Source: Lama glama (Eukaryota). From it: a DNA stretch of 64,000 nt. Both the position numbers and the translations under genes were made by a program. Each line of letters starts with the position of its first letter. Position 1 is the first letter of the stretch. Below, piece by piece: positions 39,493 through 51,429 of this stretch. The notes under the pieces were generated by a model, which was not told where the DNA came from, did no database searches, and saw nothing but the letters and a program-made list of their open reading frames with translations. The stretch covers positions 7,070,001 to 7,134,000 of the forward strand of contig CM052816.1 of the NCBI GenBank assembly GCA_028534125.1. The letters run 5' to 3'.

Positions 39493-41949
39493 TCCAGGGC
39501 AGTCTTAAAGCACAATTAAATGAATATGCAATGCACATTTGAATTCTAAAATATTAAAAAAAAAATCTAATGACAAAATGTTTAAAGATCAAGAAGGTAA
39601 TTTTATTAAACTGGCAAAAAGAAAAAGAAACATTGGTTTAGGACACACATTCAGGCTTTATACTAAATGTCATCTTTTAAAATTGTCCCATCCATCCTAA
39701 GAACCACACACAATTCACAAACCTATAAAAATTTGAAACTAATCTCTGCTCTCTACTTTCCAGGTGAAATACTAAAACAAGTTAAAGTAAAAATGAAAAA
39801 TAATGTAAATTACAAAAAACTGCTGCAAAGTAGGTCACCAACAAACATTACCAAATCTCCTGATGTTCCTTTAACAGACTGTCAGCTGAGAACAGCCAAC
39901 CAAAGTGAGTTAAAGAACAAAGAACTGCATACTTTTCTACCAGTTAGAAGATACAAAAGCTGAGACTGAAAGGACTTAACAACAAAAGTAATTCCTAGCT
40001 TGGGTGGGTGGTAGACAAACCTTATATTATCACTGTTTGCTTCATTTCATTTGTTCTTGATAAATGAATGCATAAGAGATCAATTGGGCTAACAATCTGT
40101 GAAAAACCAGTTTTCACATTCCTATCCAACTGATAATCACTAGCTTGAAGCCAGGAACAGTGGTTTTTAAAATATCTTAAGGGAAAACTAAACTTCCCTC
40201 AATGCATAAGGAACTTTCATTCTGATATATTTTACCTCAAGGAATAATTAGTTGGACTCAAACTTAACAGTTTAAATGTAGGTCATAAAATTAGCATTTT
40301 AACATTTAACTTAAAATGCTAATTCAATACTTAACTGGTATCTAAACACAGGTAACTGGAATTGCCACAGGAAGGCAAGTTCCAAAGAAAACAATGTTAT
40401 ATTCTAAAGTAATTTGTTATTCATGGTAACACCAACAAAGAATTTTTCCATAAAATATTTTTATCTGCAGCTACTTTCTGTTAAGAAATATGGAAATCAC
40501 TGGGTAAATGGAAACGCAAGTATTAAGCTTCCTCATACCTTTTTAATTTACTTACAAGGATTAAATTATGTGTTCCCTCTGGCTGCAAAAAAATTCTTAA
40601 AGACCAAACCTAAAAAGTATCTGCATACATAAAATAAATTTCTTTAAAAAGAAGAAAGAAAAAAGGCTGAAAGCCATTCCAATCAAAGTTAATTCAGAGA
40701 GCTAGCCCCAAAACTTTCACTGCCGTCTGAGCTCAAGTAGAGACACTTGTGATGCAAAGTAATGATTCAGCTCTGCAACACAGGAACATTTCTTATTTCA
40801 TTAAACCTTTAAAAATCTCAAGTATAAACTAGAAATACTTAAACTCAAGTCTTGGAAGGTGTATTCCACGTTTGCATGTAACAAGAGCATATACAAATGC
40901 TAAATGTATCTATGTAGACAGGCTCTCATCCAGAGAAGATCCCATCTCTACAAGGGTTAAGACTTCCCAGCCCATCTCAAGCACCCGTAATTCACCTAGC
41001 TTAGGCTCCAGGGAGGTCAAATTTATACTATAACTGGGCACCATGCTTTCTACTCCAATTTCAAATTTTAACTTATACATGTTGCCAGATACGAAACCAT
41101 CGCTATGCAACCTCATTTTCTTCAACTGTAAAACGAGGAAGTTGAACTATTTTCTTGAAGGTCTTTCTCAAAAGTCTACTCTAATCAAAAAGAAAAAAAA
41201 GATTCAAGATCCAGTATCAGAGCCTGACTTCCTGCTGGCGGGAATTTCCCATCATCAGGCTCTAAGTTTCCAATTTGACGAGGAACACTGTGCAGGTTCA
41301 CTTACGCTTACTCATTTTACTCTATACTTTTCCCAGAAGGTTTCAGGAGAGCCCATCCATCAGCTCTCTGTAGGAATATCTGTAGAAAGGAAGCCCTAAC
41401 GCTTTCTTTGCCTTTGTTATAATCCCACGACCAGCTCTCGTCTCCCTGGAAGCCCACAACTAGTCCAAGTACGAAGGCCGCGCAGTCAGTCTTCCAAGGT
41501 TAATACTGTCCCCGAGACTAGTGCTCTTGGGGGCGAAGGTGCCCTAGAGCCGCACAGGGCGCTGGAACAAAAAATAAAACAGGCTCGGGGACTAGGAGTC
41601 AAGTGACCTGGGTTCAAACAAATACCTGCCCTTAAGATGTGTGTGCCTTTGACCATGTCACTCCACCTCTGGGCCTTCGAGTCCGCTGTAAGAAGAGGGA
41701 ATAACCGTACCTACCTTACCGGGGCGTTGGAGGAGGCAAGGAGAGGCACTCAAGTCGCTCAGCACAGTGCCTGGCACACAGCGAGGGCTTAGAAAAATGT
41801 TAATTATTACCATCACTCCAAACTCAGGACCTCGCTGCTCCCCCTTTACTCCCTGTGAAACCTAGGAGCAGCACTTCTTCCCGAGTGGAGAAATTCTGAG
41901 TCCACTTTCACGTCCTCCCCACCCCTCACCCCAATAAAAGCCTCCTCTG

Positions 41950-43100
41950 GTTTGGGCTAACCTGGAGCACCCGACAGGGGAGGAAGGTCTTGGCTGGCCC
42001 GTGGCGGGGGGGAGGGGGGGCCGGAAAAGCTGGCGAGCCGCCGCGCGGGGCCCCAAGCCCCCGAGATCACCCTGGGCCCGGGCGGCGGCCGCGGCTCGCT
42101 CTCGCCCCGCGTGGCCGTTGGGCGCGGCACGCGCACGCGGCGGACCTGGCCCCGCGCGCAGGGCGGGATGGGGGGCGGGGGTCGGAGAGCCTCCGCGCGC
42201 CCGTGCTCCCGCCGCGCGCCCGTGCTCCCGCCGCGCGCGCCTGCGGCCGTTGGGGGGGGGGGCGCGCCTCGTACGGTCACCGCTCGGACTTCTCCCTCAC
42301 CACCGCCCCCGCTCGTCCTCGTCCCGGGGCCGCCCAACCTCGCCCACACCCCGGCGTACCTGCACGGCTGAGCGGGAGAGGAACAAGCGCTGCTCCACGG
42401 CACGGGAGAAGGTAGAAACCCCTCACGCAAACGCGTCCGCACACACGCGTGCTCCGTCGCCGGGCTATATAACGACGATTCAGCCTAACTTGTTGCGGCC
42501 AGGTCGAGCATACTGGTGGCCAATCCCGACTGCGTCCTCTGGGCTCTTCTAGCAGCAATTGGGTACTGACTCAGGATGAAGGCGTGGCTCTTGATTGGCT
42601 TTGACTCATGCCTATGAGACTGTGAGGAGCTCGTTTCCCTAGTAACGGATTGGCAGTTAGGGAGACCAATAACAGAAGGTACGGTAGGAAGGGAGGTGGG
42701 AAGTTCTTTGACCGATATCCACAGTAGCCAATAAGTGCATGGAACCGCTCCCATTCGTTAAAACGTCTTCCTCTGGGCGGAGATCCGTTTTCCAGGCAGG
42801 AGCGGTTGCTCCACAAGGTGGGGCCCGTGTACTTTGGGGAAGTAAACCCCAAGCAGCTAGGAGGTGGGCGCCAGGGTGGCCAAGGGAGCCCCCGGCCAAT
42901 CGCAACGCGGGAAGAGCTGATTGACGCTGGGGTTGGACCGTACCGAGGAGACCAAGCGCCCCGGCCGCCGTGCCCTCTGGGGCGATTCTGAGGCACTCCT
43001 GGCCCGGGTTTCTGTCCATTTTCCTTTCTTTTCTTCCCTTGTTGGGTGCGGCCCCTGAGGCCCCCTCTCCCGCCTTTTCCCGCACAGTTTGGTACCAGGA
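41950..43100. promoter_or_regulatory. CpG island / G3BP1 promoter with TATATA, multiple CCAAT boxes, two AP-1 sites and an RFX X-box-like site
   Basis: Very high GC/CpG content. TATATA 42466-42471. CCAAT/ATTGG at 42520, 42558, 42594, 42649, 42666, 42728 and 42896. TGACTCA at 42567 and 42602. GTTTCCCTAGTAAC at 42633-42646. Confidence 0.9.
42360..42440 (-). other. G3BP1: G3BP1 exon 1 (non-coding 5'UTR); 5' end approximate
   Basis: Donor CAGCCGTGCAG|GTACGC at 42360/42359 inside the CpG island. No ATG in the exon. TATATA element ~30 nt upstream. Confidence 0.8.
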
Positions 43101-44952
43101 GAACCAGTTGGCAGTTTCCCGTTCTTCGGGTTTTTTTTTTCCTTCTTATTCCAACTTTTTTAAATTAGCGTGCGGCCGCCTAAGGGCACTTGCTGGCTCT
43201 CACGATTAGTCAGCACTATTGTTGGACAACTGTTCGAGGAAAGCCACAGGAGAAAGTGACTCCCGCTGTGTACCTGAGATCTTGTAAAAAGGTCCCACGT
43301 GAAGTGTCGAGTTTGAGAATACCAATTTGTAGCCTGCTCTTCTCGGCAAGTGCTCTGCAGGTCGGCTCGTGGGTGTTCACCTAGGAACCGTAGTTTGTAA
43401 ATTCTCCCATAGGCTTGGGCCTTCTTGCAGCAGCCTGTGCGTCACCACCATTGTCATGCAGATTTCTGAGTGCTGTGGGTGCGGGAGCTTATTTCTCAAG
43501 TCATCCCACCTTAAAAATGGAGCTTGTCAAACTCCTATATGGACACCCCAAAGCTTTCCCGAAACAGTTCAAGGGCTAAGTGGCGCTCCAGCCTGGTCCG
43601 GTTCACGTCTCTTAGGGTTTCCTTGGGCCCTCTGTTGGTCACCACGAGCATTTGATATGGAAATACAGGGACAAGCCTTGATTCCTTCTCTTTCCAGGCA
43701 TGTGACCCTGCAGGAGGGGCTCTGGTTAAATTTTACAGGTTTGGGGATGAAGCACGTGGAGCCCCTCTGTTGGGGGCGAAGGGGCGCAGGCAACATCCTG
43801 GTGGGACCTCGGTGCGTCCCCAGGAGCGAAGTGGGAGCGTCCCTCTCCGCTATCCCCCACCCCTCACCCCAGCCTCACTCCCGTATGGCACTCGCTTTTT
43901 CAGCATTTATTGAGCTCCAGGGGCTGGGGTCATGATCAAGACGCTGTCCCTGCCCGCTGTCACTCATGCAACAAACCTGGGCGCTGTGCTGAGACCTCGC
44001 AAAACTGCGGAACGAGGGTTTGGGGCTATGAGGGCACCAATTGAACCCGGCTCAGAGGAGAGAAGCGGCTAAAGGTTTTCCGGAGTAAAGAACCTGTGCG
44101 ATCCTGTTAGCCACGCTAAGCAATTTGGACTTTATTCTGAGGGCGGTGGAGAGCTCCTGAAAGGTTTCTTAAAGAGTCAACTAAAAAAACTGCATTTTAC
44201 AAGATGACTTTCCAAATTGAAAGGCTAATAAGAACAGATTGGCAAACCTTCAAATGCACAGCTTGGTAGTCTTAATCACATTTGGAGGGAATTTTAAGTG
44301 ATGCAGCTCTTTTTTGTAAAGTTGTTTGGCAATTTCTGTTAAAATTGTGTATAGCCCCCTGCTTCCTTGATAGCTACATTTCTTTACCAAGAGGCACGTA
44401 CTGTGTGTATTACAGCATTGTTAGCTTTGTTAGAAATTTTTTTAAAACTGAAAACATAATTGCTTATCAATTTGCAAACTGATTTAACTGGTGATATGCA
44501 CATAGTATAGAATACTATGCAGCAGTTTAAAAAGAATGAGGTGGAACTATATAGGTAATGAGCCAGTTTCCAGTTGTTAATTGAGTTGTTAACTTAAAAA
44601 AATCAAGTTCAAAAAAAACATATAGTGAATTCCTATTTGTGTTAAAAACAAAAAACAAAAATCCTGATTTCTATGTGTTTAAATGGGTATGTGAGTGCAT
44701 AGGAAAAGTTCTAAATTTAAAACACAGTCATTCCCCCCTAGGGATTCCCCTCGGTTGGGAGTGATAAAGTTAATGCATTATCTGAAAGTGTTACAATGAG
44801 ACTGTGTTCATGTACTGTGTTGTGTAATGAGAGGTAGGAAGAAAGGAAGGAAGAGGAAATAGATGATCAGAGGGCGAATGGGGACAGGATCCCTCAGGTG
44901 GCTGTTGACTGTCTTCCACAGGAGAGAGCAAGTTGGCATCCTCCTGTGGTCA

Positions 44953-45530
44953 TGTTACATGAAAACAGTTCACCTCTTGGTGGGTATCTAGCCAAAAGAC
45001 ACAACCAAGCCAACGCGGGAGAAGGAAAGATTACTTGCAGCATGTAAAGAGAACACCAGAGATCTTTTCCCAAAGCATTGTCTCCCCGAACAGCAAAACG
45101 GGAAGTTTTAGGCTAAGGGTACTTGCACGTTCATGAAAGGGCTTGAGCAGAGGAGAATTCACCATAGAATCGGGGCAAAGGTTGATAGAGCCCCAGTCTT
45201 AGTTGACTGTAGTCAGTCAGGAAGGTCAACATCATCATTCATCCTCCACCTGGGTGGGGGCCTTAGTTCCTGCAGAATTCAAAAATATAGTATTATGTAT
45301 ATCCTTTGACGAGGAACTAGGACTCTACTCTGTCACAGTACTACTTTTTGACTGCCTTCTTTGTGTTCCTGCATTCCTTTGTTCCCTTAAGATCATTGAC
45401 CTGTTCAAGGGCAAGCATCGTAGCCAGGCTTAGATCACAAAATGGCTTAGGTCAAAAATGGGTTCTCTCGTGTGAAAAAAGCCATTCCTGGTTCTCTTTC
45501 TCCAGAAACTCCCTAACCTATCTGCTTGCA
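44953..45530 (-). mobile_element. Solo ERV1-type LTR
   Basis: TG...CA termini, 578 bp, 4-bp flanks GTCA/GTCG; minus strand ends ...GTAACA. Confidence 0.6.
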
Positions 45531-47752
45531 GTCGTTTCCCCACTCAGATCAACAATCCTGGGGACCAAGATGCTAGATATTTAGACAACGTTCAGTGAGT
45601 AATTTACCACCACGGAATAGTCTGAAACATCGGCTCTCAAGGTTGGGGAGGTGGAGATTTTGCCCCTAGGAGACACATGATCTTTTCACAACCAGGTAGA
45701 GGGGCTACAGGCATGTGGATGGAGGCCGGGGACTCACAGGAGAGCCCCCATGACCAGGCAGGCCAAAAAATCAATAGTACCAGCGGTGAGAAACCCTGGT
45801 CGAGTTATCTAAGGCAGAGTCCCTGACCTTCTATGGGTCTTTCTACTGCCAACCAAAATCTGCAAACTCCTCCAGTATACTACTTTACCCTTCTCTTTCT
45901 GCCAGTTCTCCCCAAAACTCTGAAAATCAGGGTGGAAAGAAGTATGGGCAAGACCCCAGGAAATACAGTTTTGTGGGGAGAGTGCAAAGATGGTGTGACA
46001 CATAAGGAATGATCCTAAAAATATCATCAGAATGAGTGTTTCCCAAACACAGCTAATCATTCAGAAATGGTGATTACAAATATATGCTTATATGTATCTT
46101 TAACTGTTAAACTCCTACCTATGAACAAAAACCCAGTGTAATAATATTCATTGTAGCACTACCTGTAGTAGAGACAGGAAGTAACCCAAATGTCCAGCTA
46201 TAGGACTGGGTGATTACAATGCTACCATACAGGACACTCTTACAATGGACTGTCATGCAACCGTAGAGAAAATGAGGTGGATCTATGTGTATGGTTATAA
46301 AGATCTCCAAGGGATATCAATAAATGAAGATGGGAAAAATGAAAAAGGAGGGACATCATAGGGAGATTATTTCTATTAAGATATATGTATTGTTATAGTT
46401 ATGTATGCACATTCCTGTATGGTTCTGCTGTATAAGCACAGGTTATATTTGGAAGGAGAAACTATTAATGATTGCTGTTAATGACTGCTAACAGGGACGT
46501 GAAATTGGGCCAGGGTAGGAGAAAGGCTTAGTTTTCATTCATTCACATTACCCTTTAGTAGTGTATAATTTCTTTAAATATGTGCATGTATTTTTCAAAA
46601 ATTTAATGTCAAGTATAGCTTTTAATAGTGATATGAGGAACCATGCACATGGAAACTTTGATCTGAAAACAAACAGGATGGAATACACATTACTCCTTTA
46701 TGAGGGGTTTTAAAAATGAGGCATCAGAGTTTTAATCTGCCTCCCTCCAAGACTGCTAACCTCTTTTCTTTAGCTCTTTACCTTACAAAAATCATACAAA
46801 GATCCAAAGAGACTTTTTTCTGGCTTAGAAATGCATGCCTAATTGGATCCCTCCCTCCTGCGGCATTGACTGTCTGCAAACACATCACCTCTTCATACTC
46901 TGATCGTAAGGCAGGCACCTTGCTAACGTTCTCTACAAAGATCATCTCATTTAACATTCACAACAACGCTATTCCCCATGTCTCAGAAACAGGCTCAGAG
47001 ATGTTAAGCAACTTGTCCAAGGTCACACAGTGAGGGCTAGAAACTAGGACTCTCTCACTTCCAGTCTATGTTCTTTTACCCACTCATCAGTACTGCCCAG
47101 GGAAAGACAGTACAGCCCAAGCAGAGAAAAGGGCACGGACGCCCTCCTCAGAAAACCTGAAAGGCTGGGATTTTCTTTCCTTTTCTCAGGCATGGCACTA
47201 GGTATTGCTGCATAGACAGCTTTCCAGGCGGTTCCAGAGTTCTGGAATCCATAGCAAATCCTGGTAATCTGCAGCCAAAGCTCTTTGCGAAAAGAGCACA
47301 CTCTGGTACTACCTACAGACCTCGGCGTCCTCCCTTCCTGTGGCTTAGAAGAGGGACAGAAACTTGAAGTTCAAATCACATTGCAAGTACCAAGCACCTA
47401 CTACGTGATAGGCATGGTGCTCTATGCAAAGTGTGTGAGTCCCTCTTCACACAAACTCTGCAAAGTATTAACTCAGTTTTACAGCAGTAGAAACCATGGC
47501 TCAGAAAGGTTAAATGACTGGCCCAAGGTCATGAAGCTTAAAAGTGGCATAGCTGGTATTCAAATTCAGATTAATACCATTCTAAACCCAAAGCAAATAA
47601 GGAAGAAAGGAACAGTAATAAAATATGTATGATAGGGCATCTAATCCTCAAACTGCTCATTTCAACACAGGGAGACCAAGGCAAAAAGAAGTTAAATAAC
47701 TGTTCATTCATCAAATTGTGAAAATGATAATTTGCTAAAATCAAATGTTGGT

Positions 47753-47863
47753 GCACGGGTGGTTCAATGGTAGAATCTCATCTGCCACCTAGGAGGCCTC
47801 AGGTTCGATTCCTGGCCTATGCAGCAACCACCGTACCCTTCTGTAAAAAAAAAAAAAAAAAAA

Positions 47864-47864
<1 letters not shown>
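47753..47864 (+). pseudogene. Retroposed tRNA-Gly(GCC) pseudogene with 3' trailer and A20 tail
   Basis: GCACGGGTGGTTCAATGGTAGAATCTCATCTGCCACCTAGGAGGCCTCAGGTTCGATTCCTGGCCTATGCA aligns to tRNA-Gly-GCC with substitutions and indels. Followed by 21 nt and then A20. Confidence 0.88.

Positions 47865-47906
<42 letters not shown>
47845..47906. repeat. Compound A20-(TA)n-(GA)n microsatellite grown from a retroposon tail
   Basis: Read directly from the sequence. Confidence 0.95.
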
Positions 47907-47909
<3 letters not shown>

Positions 47910-48974
47910 TGGTGTGGAAAAATAGTTATTCTCATATACTACTAGTAGAGAATATAAGATGGCATAGCCATTCTGAGGGCTATTTGAAAGCATCTGTTAA
48001 AATTAAAATCCATACACCCTATGACCCAGAAATTCTACTTTTTTATATCCACTCTGAAGAAACACTCCCACATGCATACAGTGAGCAAAGAGGTTCTTTA
48101 CAGCATTGTTTGTAATACTGAAGAGTAATCTAAGCATTAATAAAAGAATATCTAAATTTACAATAGTATATCCATACTAGAGCATTTTATGTAGTAATTT
48201 TAAAGCTTAAGCTAGTTTATATGTGTATATATGTGTGTATTTATATACACATATGTTCACATTTTTAAAGTATACATTATAATATTATATAGTATAAATA
48301 CCCAAAGCATATTAATTTTAAAAAACGTGTTGCAAATTATCTACAGTATGTCATATATGCTTAAAAAATACCAACACCTATTATTTGCATGTGTTTATCA
48401 GTGTTTGTAAATGCATAGGAAAGCATCTGGAAAGATGGACAGCAATCTGACAGTAATTACTACCTCCGTGGAAGACAGTGACATAAGGGTTTGAAGGAGA
48501 CTTTTACTTTGTATTATTTTAAAGTTCTTGTTACATTAAGAAACTTTTCATTTATTACATGATTTAAAAAATAACTTGTCGGAACCCTCAGAGTAGCTTC
48601 TGAGTGCTTTTAAGTACCAGACACTGACCTGAGTATTTTGTGAGCCTTGTCTTATTTCTCACAACAGCACTATGAAGGTAGGTCTAATTATTATCTTTAT
48701 TTTACAGGGAAAGAAACTGAGGTTTGGAGAGGTTAACTGTCCAGAACAGTCAAGAATTGAACACAGGTTTGTCTGGACTGTCTCACTGAACACAGCTTTA
48801 AATCTCGGAAGCCTACAGTTGTCTGGTAGAGAATAAAGGAGCAAGAGGATGGACAGACATCCTCTGACTTTTTGATGCAGTGCTGGGAGTCCGCTAAGGT
48901 GGGCTGGGACTGTGGTGGCCCAAAGAGCTCACGCCTTGTCTAAAGAGTCCCAGGCAGTCACTAGTGTTGTTTTC

Positions 48975-49357
48975 TGACATTGCTGTTTGTCCTCCTCCAG
49001 GTGCCTGGCAGGGTTATATCTTTCTACCTCCTTTAAAGATACACATGACCATGTGCTCTGCTTTGACCAAAACGACATGAGCAGAAGTGACACAGATCTC
49101 CAGGCAGTCTTTGGAGCTGGTGATTATTTGCTGAGGTCTTCCCTCCCCACCCCACCCCCAAAATTCACTGTTGCCCCCTATGGATAATCTCCCTTGACCT
49201 GGATCCCTGGACAAAAACAGTTTGCACAGAGCCATTCCTCCAAGATGGCCAACCTGGGCATATGGCATGAGGGAGGCAGAAACCTGTTGTTTGAAGCCAT
49301 TTAGGCCTGGGGACTATTTGTTACCACAGCATTACCTGGCCTATCCTGCCAATTACA
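48975..49357 (+). mobile_element. Old MLT1(H-J)-type LTR
   Basis: GAGCAGAAGTGACA...AAACCTGTTGTTTGAAGCCA...TTTGTTACCACAGCATTACCTGGCCTATCCTG. Confidence 0.65.
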
Positions 49358-51179
49358 GATGGGTTTCCAGATCTTCCAGTTTTTCAGGAGATAATCAAAA
49401 CCAGGGTCATCATATGACATCACTCAGTGTTTTTTTTTTTAAACATTTTATTAACGATATAAAAATGTTTTGCTCCCACTTAAAAAAATGCAATGAAGTA
49501 TTCTTTCTAAGTGGACTATAACTGAGTTCATTCCTTTTGTCAACTTTATTTGGAATTTTAATTTTTTTAAATGCTTTTCTTAGTTCTTGTAAAAAAAGAA
49601 GCAACAAATTTTACATGCCATTCTACAAAGAGATTTTTTTTTAATTGTGGTAAAATATACATAGCATAAAATTTACCACTCTAACCATTGTGAAGTACAC
49701 AATTCAGTGGCACAAAGTACATTCACAGTGTTGCACAACCACACTCAGCACTCTTACATGTGGTTACCTACTCCAAAAATATTTTGAACCCTTTAGGTCC
49801 TGAATAAGGTATGTCTATAGGCCAGATTCACCAATTTGCAACTCTGCTGGATGCTCTGCTTCCTCTCCCAAGCCTGCAGCCCAAGCGCCCTTGGCTTTGC
49901 AGCCCTCTCTTCTCATGCCTGGGTTTCTCTGAAGGTCCTTTAAGCTCAGAACCTTTGATCCTAGGCTAAGGGTTCCTCAGTGGATAAAGCAGTGAATCAG
50001 CTACTGCATACCTGGATTATAACACAGAAAATAGACACTTGGTCTCCCGGCGGGAGTAGGCAGCAGCTATAAAGGACTTTCTTTGCAAAGCTTAACCCCA
50101 GCATCCACCAGAGGTATGGTATCCCTGGAGGAAGGCACCAGGCACTGTCTGAGAACCCTCCACTACACATGACCATAGTCTTTACAATCCTATCCTTGTA
50201 ACAACAGCCAGAAAGGGCCCATTTCCCAGGCCCACTAGTTTAGTGATGAAATCACTTACCCAGGCTGTCAAGGCTGGTAATGAGACTGCTGGGCAGTCTG
50301 GAACTTGGAATTCCTGCACTCTGCTTTTTAAAAATGTTTCCCCATGATTCTTTTCATACATATTCTTTATAGAAGGCATGACAAAGAAAAGGTTTAAAAA
50401 GAAAACAAAACTCACCTAAATATTGGAGCAAGTAAGAATAATACACAGAGGCCTGGAGAGAGGAAAGTGTAGCTGATAAAACTTCTCTGAGAGGCAATCT
50501 GGCTATATCAAAATTTAAAATGAACACCCATCCCACATGTAGGAATTTATTCTACACAAAATGTTAAGCAAAGATGTGTGTGTATGGATTGGCTGTACAT
50601 CATCGTTTTCAGCATTAACAGATTGGAAGCAACCTATAAGTCCATTGGTGGGAAACTGTATCAGGAATGTGTCAGCGGCAAGTAACAAACAGGAAGTCTG
50701 AGTAGCAGTAGCTGAAATAAAAGGTGGGCTTACATTTCTGACCTGACAAGTCTGGAGGCAAGCTGAGGGTGGCACCGGTTCAGCAAGCACACAGTCAGAA
50801 CCAGCATCTCTGTGATGCTCTTGGCATTTCCCTCCTGGTTCCTCTAGACATCATACCAGCATTCTAGGCGGGGAGGGGAAAGGAGTAATATCTGTTCCCT
50901 TTATAAGGAAAGCGAGAGCCTTTCGAGAAGCCTCCCAGCGGACTCCTGCTTTTGATTTATTGGCCTAAGTCATATCGTATGGGCGTATTTGGCTGCAAGA
51001 GAAGATGGGAAAGCAAGTATTCAGGGATTCCAGCCTCTACAGTAACTAGAGTAAAAAGACTGGAAATGAGTCCTGGATCAACCAACCAAAGGTTTCTGCC
51101 ATAGGGACTGGTTAAATAAGTTATAAATAAGTACAACTGAATAATAGAACACAACGTAGTGCTAAAAAGAATGAAGGTG

Positions 51180-51429
51180 GGGGAGGGATAAACCGGGAGT
51201 ATGGGATTAATGGATGCCCACTACCATATATAAAATAGATAAACAATGAGGATTTACTGTATAGCACAGGGAACTGTAGTCAATATCTTATAATAAACTA
51301 GAATGGAAAAGACTAAAACAAGGAACATATGTATTAGGATATATACATACCTGAATCACTTTGCTGTATACCTGAAACTAACAATATTGTAAATCAACTC
51401 TACTTCAATTAAAAAATAGATTAAAAAAC
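51180..51429 (+). mobile_element. L1 3' end with perfect 16-bp TSD, nested in an older L1M
   Basis: Same 3'UTR family as 29.6-30.2 kb; AAAAAGAATGAAGGTG at 51164-51179 and 51430-51445. Confidence 0.9.

Noticed and set aside
41862..43935. Many overlapping 60-190 aa ORFs in and near the G3BP1 CpG island
   Set aside because: Stop-codon scarcity in GC-rich DNA; low-complexity Arg/Pro/Gly/Ala products with no recognisable domain.
47753..47823. Functional tRNA-Gly gene
   Set aside because: Indels and anticodon-stem mismatches, a poly(A) tail, and insertion inside an L1 fragment.
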